NCBI GenBank assembly: GCA_040954595.2
Contig: CM082596.2
Span: forward strand, 10,780,454 to 10,844,453
Origin: Balanoglossus misakiensis
Lineage: Eukaryota; Animalia; Hemichordata
DNA: 64,000 bases
Direction of reading: 5' to 3'
The notes under the pieces are model-generated. The model ran no database searches. It was not told where the DNA came from and was given only the letters and a program-made list of their open reading frames with translations. The translations under genes and the position numbers were made by a program. Every line of letters begins with the position of its first letter. Positions within the stretch are counted from its first letter, which is position 1. Positions 28,331 through 43,300 of this stretch are shown here, one piece after another.

Positions 28331-31300
28331 AAAAAATGCATAAATTTTGAATTTTCGCAAAGTAGAAAAATCGTCATTTTTGGACTATTTTCGTGAGCCG
28401 TAACCATGATTTTTTTCAAAAAATGCTGAAATTTTGAACTGTCGCAAAGTCGAAAAATTGTCATTTTTGGACGATTTTTGTGAGCCGTGACCCATGATTT
28501 TTTTCAAAAAATGCAGAAATTTAGAACTTTTGCAAAGTAGAAAAATTGGCATTTTTGGACGATTTTCGTGAGCCGTGACCCATGATTTTTTTAAAAAAAT
28601 GCTGAAATTTTGAACTTTCGCAAAGTTCAATAATTGTCGTTTTTGGACGATTTTCGTGAGCCGTGACCCATGATTTTTTTTTCAAAAAATGCAGAAATTT
28701 TGAACTTTTGCAAAGTCGAAAAATAGGCATTTTTGGACGATTTTCGTGAGCCGTAACCCATGATTTTTTTTCAAAAAATGCAGAAATTTAAAACTTTCGC
28801 AATGTCGAAAAATTGTCATTTTTGAACGATATTCGTGAGCCGTAACCCATGATTTTTTTCAAAAAATGCAGAAATTTTGAAATTTTGCAAAGTTGAAAAA
28901 TTGGCATTTTTGGACGATTTTCGTGAGCCGTGACCCATGATTTTTTTCAAAAAATGCAGAAATTTAGAACTTTTGCAAAGTAGAAAAATTGGCATTTTTG
29001 GACGATTTTCGTGAGCCGTGACCCATGATTTTTTAAAAAAAATGCTGAAATTTTGAACTTTCGCAAAGTCGAATAATTGTCGTTTTTGGACGATTTTCGT
29101 GAGCCGTGACCCATGATTTTTTTCAAAAAATGCAGAAATTTTGCAAAGTTGAAAAATTGGCATTTTTTGACGATTTTCGTGAGCCGTGACCCATGATTTT
29201 TTTCAAAAAATGCAGAAATTTTGAACTTTTGCAAAGTCGAAAAATTGGCATTTTTGGACGATTTTCGTGCGCCGTGACCCATGATTTTTTTTTTTAAAAA
29301 TGCAGAAATTTTGAATTTTCGCAAAGTTGAAAAATTGTCATTTTTGGAAAATTTTCGTGAGCCGTAACCCATGATTTTTTTTTTCAAAAAATGCAGAAAT
29401 TTTAAACTTTTGCAAAGTCGAAAAATTGGCATTTTTGGACGATTTTCGTGAGCCGTAACCCATGATTTTTTTCAAAAAAAGCAGAAATTTTGAACTTTTG
29501 CAAAGTCGAAAAATTGTCATTTTAGGACGATTTTCGTGAGACGTAACCCATGATTTTTTTCAAAAAATGCAGAAATTTTGAACTTTCGCAAAGTCGAAAA
29601 ATTGTCATTTTTGGACGATTTTCGTGAGCCGTAACCCATGATTTTTTTCAAAAAAATGCAGAAATTTAGAACTTTCGCAAAGTCGAAAAATTGTCATTTT
29701 TGGACGATTTTCGTGAGCCGTAACCCATGATTTTTTTTCAAAAAAATGCAGAAATTTAGAACTTTCGCAAAGTCGAAAAATTGTCATTTTAGAACGATTT
29801 TCGTGAGCCGTAACCCATGATTTTTTTCAAAAAATGCAGAAATTTTGAACTTTTGCAAAGTCGAAAAATTGGCATTTTTGGACGATTTTCGTGAGCCGTA
29901 ACCCATGATTTTTTTCAAAAAATGCATAAATTTTGAATTTTCGCAAAGTAGAAAAATCGTCATTTTTGGACTATTTTCGTGAGCCGTAACCATGATTTTT
30001 TTCAAAAAATGCAGAAATTTTGAACATTCGCAAAGTCGAAAAATTGTCATTTTAGAACGATTTTCGTGAGCCGTAACCCATGATTTTTTTCAAAAAATGC
30101 AGAAATTTTGAACTTTCGCAAAGGCAAAAAAATGTCATTTTTCGACGATTTTCGTGAGCCGTGACCCATGATTTTTTTTAAAAAATGCAGAAATTTTGAA
30201 TTTTCGCAAAGTAGAAAAATTGTCATTTTTGGACGATTTTCGTGAGCCGTAACCCATGATTTTTTTCAAAAAATGCAGAAATTTTGAACATTCGCAAAGT
30301 CGAAAAATTGTCATTTTAGAACGATTTTCGTGAGCCGTAACCCATGATTTTTTCAAAAAATGCAGAAATTTTGAACTTTTGCAAAGTCGAAAAATTGGCA
30401 TTTTTGGACGATTTTCGTGAGCCGTAACCCATGATTTTTATCAAAAAATGCATAAATTTTGAATTTTCGCAAAGTAGAAAAATCGTCATTTTTGGACTAT
30501 TTTCGTGAGCCGTAACCATGATTTTTTTCAAAAAATGCTGAAATTTTGAACTGTCGCAAAGTCGAAAAATTGTCATTTTTGGACGATTTTTGTGAGCCGT
30601 GACCCATGATTTTTTTCAAAAAATGCAGAAATTTAGAACTTTTGCAAAGTAGAAAAATTGGCATTTTTGGACGATTTTCGTGAGCCGTGACCCATGATTT
30701 TTTTAAAAAAATGCTGAAATTTTGAACTTTTGCAAAGTCGATGAATTGTCATTTTTGGACGAATTTCGTGAGCCGTAACCCATGATTTTTTTCAAAAAAT
30801 GCAGAAATTTAGAACTTTCGCAAAGTAGAAAAATTGTCATTTTTGGACGATTTTCGTGAGCCGTGACCCATGATTTTTTTCAAAAAATGCAGAAATTTTG
30901 AATTTTCGCAAAGTAGAAAAATTGTCATTTTTGGACGATTTTCGTGAGCATTGACCCATAATTTTTTTTTTTAAATGCAGAAATTTTGAACTTTTGCAAA
31001 GTCGAAAAATTGTCATTTTTGGACGATTTTCGTGAGCCGTGACCCATGATTTTTTTTAAAAAATGCAGAAATTTAGAACTTTTGCAAAGTCAAAAAATTG
31101 TCATTTTTGGACGATTTTCGTGAGCCGTAACCCATGATTTTTTTCAAAAAATGCAGAAATTTTGAACATTCGCAAAGTCGAAAAATTGTCATTTTAGAAC
31201 GATTTTCGTGAGCCGTAACCCATGATTTTTTTCAAAAAATGCATAAATTTTGAATTTTCGCAAAGTAGAAAAATCGTCATTTTTGGACTATTTTCGTGAG

Positions 31301-34300
31301 CCGTAACCATGATTTTTTTCAAAAAATGCTGAAATTTTGAACTGTCGCAAAGTCGAAAAATTGTCATTTTTGGACGATTTTTGTGAGCCGTGACCCATGA
31401 TTTTTTTCAAAAAATGCAGAAATTTAGAACTTTTGCAAAGTAGAAAAATTGGCATTTTTGGACGATTTTCGTGAGCCGTGACCCATGATTTTTTTAAAAA
31501 AATGCTGAAATTTTGAACTTTCGCAAAGTTCAATAATTGTCGTTTTTGGACGATTTTCGTGAGCCGTGACCCATGATTTTTTTTTCAAAAAATGCAGAAA
31601 TTTTGAACTTTTGCAAAGTCGAAAAATAGGCATTTTTGGACGATTTTCGTGAGCCGTAACCCATGATTTTTTTTCAAAAAATGCAGAAATTTAAAACTTT
31701 CGCAATGTCGAAAAATTGTCATTTTTGAACGATATTCGTGAGCCGTAACCCATGATTTTTTTCAAAAAATGCAGAAATTTTGAAATTTTGCAAAGTTGAA
31801 AAATTGGCATTTTTGGACGATTTTCGTGAGCCGTGACCCATGATTTTTTTCAAAAAATGCAGAAATTTAGAACTTTTGCAAAGTAGAAAAATTGGCATTT
31901 TTGGACGATTTTCGTGAGCCGTGACCCATGATTTTTTAAAAAAAATGCTGAAATTTTGAACTTTCGCAAAGTCGAATAATTGTCGTTTTTGGACGATTTT
32001 CGTGAGCCGTGACCCATGATTTTTTTCAAAAAATGCAGAAATTTTGCAAAGTTGAAAAATTGGCATTTTTTGACGATTTTCGTGAGCCGTGACCCATGAT
32101 TTTTTTCAAAAAATGCAGAAATTTTGAACTTTTGCAAAGTCGAAAAATTGGCATTTTTGGACGATTTTCGTGCGCCGTGACCCATGATTTTTTTTTTTAA
32201 AAATGCAGAAATTTTGAATTTTCGCAAAGTTGAAAAATTGTCATTTTTGGAAAATTTTCGTGAGCCGTAACCCATGATTTTTTTTTTTCAAAAAATGCAG
32301 AAATTTTAAACTTTTGCAAAGTCGAAAAATTGGCATTTTTGGACGATTTTCGTGAGCCGTAACCCATGATTTTTTTCAAAAAAAGCAGAAATTTTGAACT
32401 TTTGCAAAGTCGAAAAATTGTCATTTTAGGACGATTTTCGTGAGACGTAACCCATGATTTTTTTCAAAAAATGCAGAAATTTTGAACTTTCGCAAAGTCG
32501 AAAAATTGTCATTTTTGGACGATTTTCGTGAGCCGTAACCCATGATTTTTTTCAAAAAAATGCAGAAATTTAGAACTTTCGCAAAGTCGAAAAATTGTCA
32601 TTTTTGGACGATTTTCGTGAGCCGTAACCCATGATTTTTTTTCAAAAAAATGCAGAAATTTAGAACTTTCGCAAAGTAGAAAAATTGTCATTTTTGGACG
32701 ATTTTCGTGAGCCTTGACCAATGATCTTTTTCAAAAAATGCAGAAATTTTGAACTTTTGCAAAGCAGAAAAATTGTCATTTTTGGACGATTTTCGTGAGC
32801 CGTGACCCATGATTTTTTTCAAAAAATGCAGAAATTTAGAACTTTTGCAAAGTCAACAAATTGTCATTTTTGGACTATTTTCGTGAGCCGTAACCCATGA
32901 TTTTTTTCAAAAAATGCAGAAATTTTGAACTTTCGCAAAGGCAAAAAAATGTCATTTTTCGACGATTTTCGTGAGCCGTGACCCATGATTTTTTTTCAAA
33001 AAATGCAGAAATTTTGAATTTTCGCAAAGTAGAAAAATTGTCATTGTTGGACGATTTTCGTGAGCCGTAACCCATGATTTTTTTCAAAAAATGCAGAAAT
33101 TTTGAACATTCGCAAAGTCGAAAAATTGTCATTTTAGAACGATTTTCGTGAGCCGTAACCCATGATTTTTTCAAAAAATGCAGAAATTTTGAACTTTTGC
33201 AAAGTCGAAAAATTGGCATTTTTGGACGATTTTCGTGAGCCGTGACCCATGTTTTTTTTTTAAAAATGCAGATATTTTGAATTTTCGCAAAGTAGAAAAA
33301 TTGTCATTTTTGGACGATTTTCGTGAGCCGTAACCCATGATTTTTTTCAAAAAATGCAGAAATTTTGAACTTTTGCAAAGTCGAAAAATTGGCATTTTTG
33401 GACGATTTTCGTGAGCCGTAACCCATGATTTTTTTCAAAAAATGCATAAATTTTGAATTTTCGCAAAGTAGAAAAATCGTCATTTTTGGACGATTTTCGT
33501 GAGCCGTAACCCATGATTTTTTTTTCAAAAAATGCAGAAATTTTAAACTTTTGCAAAGTCGAAAAATTGGCATTTTTGGACGATTTTCGTGAGCCGTAAC
33601 CCATGATTTTTTTCAAAAAAAGCAGAAATTTTGAACTTTTGCAAAGTCGAAAAATTGTCATTTTAGGACGATTTTCGTGAGACGTAACCCATGATTTTTT
33701 TCAAAAAATGCAGAAATTTTGAACTTTCGCAAAGTCGAAAAATTGTCATTTTTGGACGATTTTCGTGAGCCGTAACTCATGATTTTTTTCAAAAAAATGC
33801 AGAAATTTAGAACTTTCGCAAAGTCGAAAAATTTTCATTTTTGGACGATTTTCGTGAGCCGTAACCCATGATTTTTTTCAAAAAAATGCAGAAATTTAGA
33901 ACTTTCGCAAAGTAGAAAAATTGGCATTTTTGGACGATTTTCGTGAGCCTTGACCAATGATCTTTTTCAAAAAATGCAGAAATTTTGAACTTTTGCAAAG
34001 CAGAAAAATTGTCATTTTTGGACGATTTTCGTGAGCCGTGACCCATGATTTTTTTCAAAAAATGCAGAAATTTAGAACTTTTGCAAAGTCAAAAAATTTT
34101 CATTTTTGGACTATTTTCGTGAGCCGTAACCCATGATTTTTTTCAAAAAATGCAGAAATTTTGAACTTTCGCAAAGGCAAAAAAAATGTCATTTTTCGAC
34201 GATTTTCGTGAGCCGTGACCCATGATTTTTTTTCAAAAAATGCAGAAATTTTGAATTTTCGCAAAGTAGAAAAATTGTCATTTTTGGACGATTTTCGTGA

Positions 34301-37300
34301 GCCGTAACCCATGATTTTTTTCAAAAAATGCAGAAATTTTGAACATTCGCAAAGTCGAAAAATTGTCATTTTAGAACGATTTTCGTGAGCCGTAACCCAT
34401 GATTTTTTCAAAAAAAGCAGAAATTTTGAACTTTTGCAAAGTCGAAAAATTGGCATTTTTGGACGATTTTCGTGAGCCGTGACCCATGTTTTTTTTTAAA
34501 AAATGCAGAAATTTTGAATTTTCGCAAAGTAGAAAAATTGTCATTTTTGGACGATTTTCGTGAGCCGTAACCCATGATTTTTTTCAAAAAATGCAGAAAT
34601 TTTGAACTTTTGCAAAGTCGAAAAATTGGCATTTTTGGACGATTTTCGTGAGCCGTAACCCATGATTTTTTTCAAAAAATGCAGAAATTTTGCAAAGTTG
34701 AAAAATTGGCATTTTTTGACGATTTTCGTGAGCCGTGACCCATGATTTTTTTCAAAAAATGCAGAAATTTTGAACTTTTGCAAAGTCGAAAAATTGGCAT
34801 TTTTGGACGATTTTCGTGCGCCGTGACCCATGATTTTTTTTTTAAAAAATGCAGAAATTTTGAATTTTCGCAAAGTTGAAAAATTGTCATTTTTGGAAAA
34901 TTTTCGTGAGCCGTAACCCATGATTTTTTTTTTCAAAAAATGCAGAAATTTTAAACTTTTGCAAAGTCGAAAAATTGGCATTTTTGGACGATTTTCGTGA
35001 GCCGTAACCCATGATTTTTTTCAAAAAAAGCAGAAATTTTGAACTTTTGCAAAGTCGAAAAATTGTCATTTTAGGACGATTTTCGTGAGACGTAACCCAT
35101 GATTTTTTTCAAAAAATGCAGAAATTTTGAACTTTCGCAAAGTCGAAAAATTGTCATTTTTGGACGATTTTCGTGAGCCGTAACCCATGATTTTTTTCAA
35201 AAAAATGCAGAAATTTAGAACTTTCGCAAAGTCGAAAAATTGTCATTTTTGGACGATTTTCGTGAGCCGTAACCCATGATTTTTTTCAAAAAAATGCAGA
35301 AATTTAGAACTTTCGCAAAGTAGAAAAATTGTCATTTTTGGACGATTTTCGTGAGCCTTGACCAATGATCTTTTTCAAAAAATGCAGAAATTTTGAACTT
35401 TTGCAAAGCAGAAAAATTGTCATTTTTGGACGATTTTCGTGAGCCGTGACCCATGATTTTTTTCAAAAAATGCAGAAATTTAGAACTTTTGCAAAGTCAA
35501 CAAATTGTCATTTTTGGACTATTTTCGTGAGCCGTAACCCATGATTTTTTTCAAAAAATGCAGAAATTTTGAACTTTCGCAAAGGCAAAAAAATGTCATT
35601 TTTCGACGATTTTCGTGAGCCGTGACCCATGATTTTTTTTCAAAAAATGCAGAAATTTTGAATTTTCGCAAAGTAGAAAAATTGTCATTGTTGGACGATT
35701 TTCGTGAGCCGTAACCCATGATTTTTTTCAAAAAATGCAGAAATTTTGAACATTCGCAAAGTCGAAAAATTGTCATTTTAGAACGATTTTCGTGAGCCGT
35801 AACCCATGATTTTTTCAAAAAATGCAGAAATTTTGAACTTTTGCAAAGTCGAAAAATTGGCATTTTTGGACGATTTTCGTGAGCCGTGACCCATGTTTTT
35901 TTTTTAAAAATGCAGAAATTTTGAATTTTCGCAAAGTAGAAAAATTGTCATTTTTGGACGATTTTCGTGAGCCGTAACCCATGATTTTTTTCAAAAAATG
36001 CAGAAATTTTGAACTTTTGCAAAGTCGAAAAATTGGCATTTTTGGACGATTTTCGTGAGCCGTAACCCATGATTTTTTTCAAAAAATGCATAAATTTTGA
36101 ATTTTCGCAAAGTAGAAAAATCGTCATTTTTGGACGATTTTCGTGAGCCGTAACCCATGATTTTTTTTTTCAAAAAATGCAGAAATTTTAAACTTTTGCA
36201 AAGTCGAAAAATTGGCATTTTTGGACGATTTTCGTGAGCCGTAACCCATGATTTTTTTCAAAAAAAGCAGAAATTTTGAACTTTTGCAAAGTCGAAAAAT
36301 TGTCATTTTAGGACGATTTTCGTGAGACGTAACCCATGATTTTTTTCAAAAAATGCAGAAATTTAGAACTTTCGCAAAGTCAACAAATTGTCATTTTTGG
36401 ACTATTTTCGTGAGCCGTAACCCATGATTTTTTTCAAAAAAATGCAGAAATTTAGAACTTTCGCAAAGTCGAAAAATTTTCATTTTTGGACGATTTTCGT
36501 GAGCCGTAACCCATGATTTTTTTCAAAAAAATGCAGAAATTTAGAACTTTCGCAAAGTAGAAAAATTGGCATTTTTGGACGATTTTCGTGAGCCTTGACC
36601 AATGATCTTTTTCAAAAAATGCAGAAATTTTGAACTTTTGCAAAGCAGAAAAATTGTCATTTTTGGACGATTTTCGTGAGCCGTGACCCATGATTTTTTT
36701 CAAAAAATGCAGAAATTTAGAACTTTTGCAAAGTCAAAAAATTGTCATTTTTGGACTATTTTCGTGAGCCGTAACCCATGATTTTTTTCAAAAAATGCAG
36801 AAATTTTGAACTTTCGCAAAGGCAAAAAAAATGTCATTTTTCGACGATTTTCGTGAGCCGTGACCCATGATTTTTTTTCAAAAAATGCAGAAATTTTGAA
36901 TTTTCGCAAAGTAGAAAAATTGTCATTTTTGGACGATTTTCGTGAGCCGTAACCCATGATTTTTTTCAAAAAATGCAGAAATTTTGAACATTCGCAAAGA
37001 CGAAAAATTGTCATTTTAGAACGATTTTCGTGAGCCGTAACCCATGATTTTGTCAAAAAATGCAGAAATTTTGAACTTTTGCAAAGTCGAAAAATTGGCA
37101 TTTTTGGACGATTTTCGTGAGCCGTGACCCATGTTTTTTTTTTAAAAATGCAGAAATTTTGAATTTTCGCAAAGTAGAAAAATTGTCATTTTTGGACGAT
37201 TTTCGTGAGCCGTAACCCATGATTTTTTTCAAAAAATGCAGAAATTTTGAACTTTTGCAAAGTCGAAAAATTGGCATTTTTGGACGATTTTCGTGAGCCG

Positions 37301-40300
37301 TAACCCATGATTTTTTTCAAAAAATGCATAAATTTTGAATTTTCGCAAAGTAGAAAAATCGTCATTTTTGGACGATTTTCGTGAGCCGTAACCATGATTT
37401 TTTTCAAAAAATGCTGAAATTTTGAACTTTCGCAAAGTCGAAAAATTGTCATTTTTGGACGATTTTTGTGAGCCGTGACCCATGATTTTTTTCAAAAAAT
37501 GCAGAAATTTAGAACTTTTGCAAAGTAGAAAAATTGGCATTTTTGGAAGATTTTCGTGAGCCGTGACCCATGATTTTTTAAAAAAAATGCTGAAATTTTG
37601 AACTTTCGCAAAGTCGAATAATTGTCGTTTTTGGACGATTTTCGTGAGCCGTGACCCATGATTTTTTTCAAAAAATGCAGAAATTTTGAACTTTTGCAAA
37701 GTCGAAAAATAGGCATTTTTGGACGATTTTCGTGAGCCGTAACCCATGATTTTTTTTCAAAAAATGCAGAAATTTTGAACTTTCGCAATGTCGAAAAATT
37801 GTCATTTTTGAACGATATTCGTGAGCCGTAACCCATGATTTTTTTCAAAAAATGCAGAAATTTTGAAATTTTGCAAAGTTGAAAAATTGGCATTTTTGGA
37901 CGATTTTCGTGAGCCGTGACCCATGATTTTTTTCACAAAATGCAGAAATTTTGAACTTTTGCAAAGTCGAAAAATTGGCATTTTTGGACGATTTTCGTGC
38001 GCCGTAACCCATGATTTTTTTCAAAAAATGCAGAAATTTTGAAATTTTGCAAAGTTGAAAAATTGGCATTTTTGGACGATTTTCGTGAGCCGTGACCCAT
38101 GATTTTTTTCAAAAAATGCAGAAATTTTGAACTTTTGCAAAGTCGAAAAATTGGCATTTTTGGACAATTTTCGTGCGCCGTGACCCATGATTTTTTTTTC
38201 AAAAAATGCAGAAATTTTGAATTTTCGCAAAGTTGAAAAATTGTCATTTTTGGAAGATTTTCGTGAGCCGTAACCCATGATTTTTTTTTTCAAAAAATGC
38301 AGAAATTTTAAACTTTTGCAAAGTCGAATAATTGGCATTTTTGGACGATTTTCGTGAGCCGTAACCCATGATTTTTTTCAAAAAAAGCAGAAATTTTGAA
38401 CTTTTGCAAAGTCGAAAAATTGTCATTTTAGGACGATTTTCGTGAGACGTAACCCATGATTTTTTTCAAAAAATGCAGAAATTTTGAACTTTCGCAAAGT
38501 CGAAAAATTGTCATTTTTGGACGATTTTCGTGAGCCGTAACCCATGATTTTTTTCAAAAAATGCAGAAATTTTGAACTTTTGCAAAGTCGATGAATTGTC
38601 ATTTTTGGACGCTTTTCGTGAGCCGTGACCCATGATTTTTTTTTAAAAAATGCAGAAATTTTCAAATTTCGCAAAGTCGAAAAATTGTCATTTTTGGACG
38701 ATTTTCGTGAGCCGTGACCGATGATTTTTTTCAAAAAATGCAGAAATTTTAAATTTTCGCAAAGTCGAAAAATTGTCATTTTTGGACGATTTTGGTGAGC
38801 CGTAACCCATGATTCTTTTCAAAAAATGCAAAAATTTTGAACATTCGCAAAGTCCAAAAATTTTCATTTTTGGACGATTTTCGTGAGCCGTAACCCTGAT
38901 TTTTTTCAAAAAATGTAGAAATTTATAACTTTCGCAAAGTAGAAAAATTGTCATTTTTGGACGATTTTCGTGAGCCGTGACCCATGATTTTTTTTCAAAA
39001 AATGCATTAATTTTGAACTTTTGCTAAGTCGAAAAACTGTCATTTTTGGACGATTTTCGTGAGCCGTAACCCATGATTTTTTTCAAAAAATGCATAAATT
39101 TTGAATTTTCGCAAAGTAGAAAAATCGTCATTTTTGGACGATTTTCGTGAGCCGTAACCATGATTTTTTTCAAAAAATGCTGAAATTTTGAACTTTCGCA
39201 AAGTCGAAAAATTGTCATTTTTGGACGATTTTTGTGAGCCGTGACCCATGATTTTTTTCAAAAAATGCAGAAATTTAGAACTTTTGCAAAGTAGAAAAAT
39301 TGGCATTTTTGGAAGATTTTCGTGAGCCGTGACCCATGATTTTTTAAAAAAAATGCTGAAATTTTGAACTTTCGCAAAGTCGAATAATTGTCGTTTTTGG
39401 ACGATTTTCGTGAGCCGTGACCCATGATTTTTTTCAAAAAATGCAGAAATTTTGAACTTTTGCAAAGTCGAAAAATAGGCATTTTTGGACGATTTTCGTG
39501 AGCCGTAACCCATGATTTTTTTTCAAAAAATGCAGAAATTTTGAACTTTCGCAATGTCGAAAAATTGTCATTTTTGAACGATATTCGTGAGCCGTAACCC
39601 ATGATTTTTTTCAAAAAATGCAGAAATTTTGAAATTTTGCAAAGTTGAAAAATTGGCATTTTTGGACGATTTTCGTGAGCCGTGACCCATGATTTTTTTC
39701 AAAAAATGCAGAAATTTTGAACTTTCGCAAAGTCGAAAAATTGTCATTTTTGGACGATTTTCGTGAGCCGTAACCCATGATTTTTTTCAAAAAATGCAGA
39801 AATTTTGAACTTTTGCAAAGTCGATGAATTGTCATTTTTGGACGCTTTTCGTGAGCCGTGACCCATGATTTTTTTTTAAAAAATGCAGAAATTTTCAAAT
39901 TTCGCAAAGTCGAAAAATTGTCATTTTTGGACGATTTTCGTGAGCCGTGACCGATGATTTTTTTCAAAAAATGCAGAAATTTTAAATTTTCGCAAAGTCG
40001 AAAAATTGTCATTTTTGGACGATTTTGGTGAGCCGTAACCCATGATTCTTTTCAAAAAATGCAAAAATTTTGAACATTCGCAAAGTCCAAAAATTTTCAT
40101 TTTTGGACGATTTTCGTGAGCCGTAACCCTGATTTTTTTCAAAAAATGTAGAAATTTATAACTTTCGCAAAGTAGAAAAATTGTCATTTTTGGACGATTT
40201 TCGTGAGCCGTGACCCATGATTTTTTTTCAAAAAATGCATTAATTTTGAACTTTTGCTAAGTCGAAAAACTGTCATTTTTGGACGATTTTCGTGAGCCGT

Positions 40301-43300
40301 AACCCATGATTTTTTTCAAAAAATGCATAAATTTTGAATTTTCGCAAAGTAGAAAAATCGTCATTTTTGGACGATTTTCGTGAGCCGTAACCATGATTTT
40401 TTTCAAAAAATGCTGAAATTTTGAACTTTCGCAAAGTCGAAAAATTGTCATTTTTGGACGATTTTTGTGAGCCGTGACCCATGATTTTTTTCAAAAAATG
40501 CAGAAATTTAGAACTTTTGCAAAGTAGAAAAATTGGCATTTTTGGAAGATTTTCGTGAGCCGTGACCCATGATTTTTTAAAAAAAATGCTGAAATTTTGA
40601 ACTTTCGCAAAGTCGAATAATTGTCGTTTTTGGACGATTTTCGTGAGCCGTGACCCATGATTTTTTTCAAAAAATGCAGAAATTTTGAACTTTTGCAAAG
40701 TCGAAAAATAGGCATTTTTGGACGATTTTCGTGAGCCGTAACCCATGATTTTTTTTCAAAAAATGCAGAAATTTTGAACTTTCGCAATGTCGAAAAATTG
40801 TCATTTTTGAACGATATTCGTGAGCCGTAACCCATGATTTTTTTCAAAAAATGCAGAAATTTTGAAATTTTGCAAAGTTGAAAAATTGGCATTTTTGGAC
40901 GATTTTCGTGAGCCGTGACCCATGATTTTTTTCAAAAAATGCAGAAATTTTGAACTTTTGCAAAGTTGAAAAATTGGCATTTTTGGACGATTTTCGTGAG
41001 CCGTGACCCATGATTTTTTTCAAAAAATGCAGAAATTTTGAACTTTTGCAAAGTCGAAAAATTGGCATTTTTGGACAATTTTCGTGCGCCGTGACCCATG
41101 ATTTTTTTTTCAAAAAATGCAGAAATTTTGAATTTTCGCAAAGTTGAAAAATTGTCATTTTTGGAAGATTTTCGTGAGCCGTAACCCATGATTTTTTTTT
41201 TTCAAAAAATGCAGAAATTTTAAACTTTTGCAAAGTCGAATAATTGGCATTTTTGGACGATTTTCGTGAGCCGTAACCCATGATTTTTTTCAAAAAAAGC
41301 AGAAATTTTGAACTTTTGCAAAGTCGAAAAATTGTCATTTTAGGACGATTTTCGTGAGACGTAACCCATGATTTTTTTCAAAAAATGCAGAAATTTTGAA
41401 CTTTCGCAAAGTCGAAAAATTGTCATTTTTGGACGATTTTCGTGAGCCGTAACCCATGATTTTTTTCAAAAAATGCAGAAATTTTGAACTTTTGCAAAGT
41501 CGATGAATTGTCATTTTTGGACGCTTTTCGTGAGCCGTGACCCATGATTTTTTTTTAAAAAATGCAGAAATTTTCAAATTTCGCAAAGTCGAAAAATTGT
41601 CATTTTTGGACGATTTTCGTGAGCCGTGACCGATGATTTTTTTCAAAAAATGCAGAAATTTTAAATTTTCGCAAAGTCGAAAAATTGTCATTTTTGGACG
41701 ATTTTGGTGAGCCGTAACCCATGATTCTTTTCAAAAAATGCAAAAATTTTGAACATTCGCAAAGTCCAAAAATTTTCATTTTTGGACGATTTTCGTGAGC
41801 CGTAACCCTGATTTTTTTCAAAAAATGTAGAAATTTATAACTTTCGCAAAGTAGAAAAATTGTCATTTTTGGACGATTTTCGTGAGCCGTGACCCATGAT
41901 TTTTTTTCAAAAAATGCATTAATTTTGAACTTTTGCTAAGTCGAAAAACTGTCATTTTTGGACGATTTTCGTGAGCCGTGACCCATGATTTTTTTCAAAA
42001 AATGCAGAAATTTAGAACTTTTGCAAAGTCGAAAAATTGGCATTTTTGGACGATTTTCGTGAGCCGTAACCCATGATTTTTTTCAAAAAATGCAGAAATG
42101 TTGAACTTTTGCAAAGTCGAAAAATTGGCATTTTTGGACGATTTTCGAGAGCCGTAACCCATGATTTTTTTCAAAAAATGCAGAAATTTTGCACTTTTGC
42201 AAAGTCGAAAAATTGTCATTTTTGGACGATTTTCGTGAGCCGTAACCCATGATTTTTTTCAAAAAATGCAGAAAATTTGAACTTTTGCAAAGTCGAAAAA
42301 TTGTCATTTTTGGACGATTTTCGTGAGCCGTGACCCATGATTTTTTTTTTAAAAATGCAGAAATTTTCAAATTTCGCAAAGTCGAAAAATTGTCATTTTT
42401 GGACGATTTTCGTGAGCCGTGACCGATGATTTTTTTCAAAAAATGCAGAAATTTTAAATTTTCGCAAAGTCGAAAAATTGTCATTTTTGGACGATTTTCG
42501 TGAGCCGTAACCCATGATTTTTTTCAAAAAATGCAGAAATTTTGAATTTTCGCAAAGTAGAAAAATTGTCATTTTTGGACGGTTTTCGTGAGCCGTAACC
42601 CATGATTTTTTTCAAGAAATGCAGAAATTTTGAATTTTCGCAAAGTAGAAAAATTGTCATTTTTGGACGATTTTCGTGAGCCGTGACCCATGATTTTTTT
42701 CAAAAAATGCATAAATTTTGAACTTTTGCTAAGTCGAAAAACTGTCATTTTTGGACGATTTTCGTGAGCCGTAACCCATGATTTTTTTCAAAAAATGCAG
42801 AAATTTTGAATTTTCGCAAAGTAGAAAAATTGTCATTTTTGGACGATTTTCGTGAGCCGTAACCCATGATTTTTTTTAAGAAATGCAGAAATTTTGAATT
42901 TTCGCAAAATAGAAAAATTGTCATTTTTGGACGATTTTCGTGAGCCTTGACCCATGATTTTTTTCAAAAAATGCATAAATTTTGAACTTTTGCTAAGTCG
43001 AAAAATTGGCATTTTTGGACGATTTTACTGAGCCGTAACCCATGATTTTTTTTTCAAAAGATGCAGAAATTTTGAACTTTTGCAAAGTCGAAAAATTGGC
43101 ATTTTTGGACGATTTTCGTGAGCCGTAACCCATGATTTTTTTCAAAAAATGCAGAAATTTTGAACTTTCGCAAAGTCGAATAATTGTCATTTTTGGACGA
43201 TTTTCGTGAGCCGTAACCCATGATTTTTTTTCAAAAAATGCAGAAAATTTTCAAATTTCGCAAAGTCGAAAAATTGTCATTTTTTGACGATTTTCGTGAG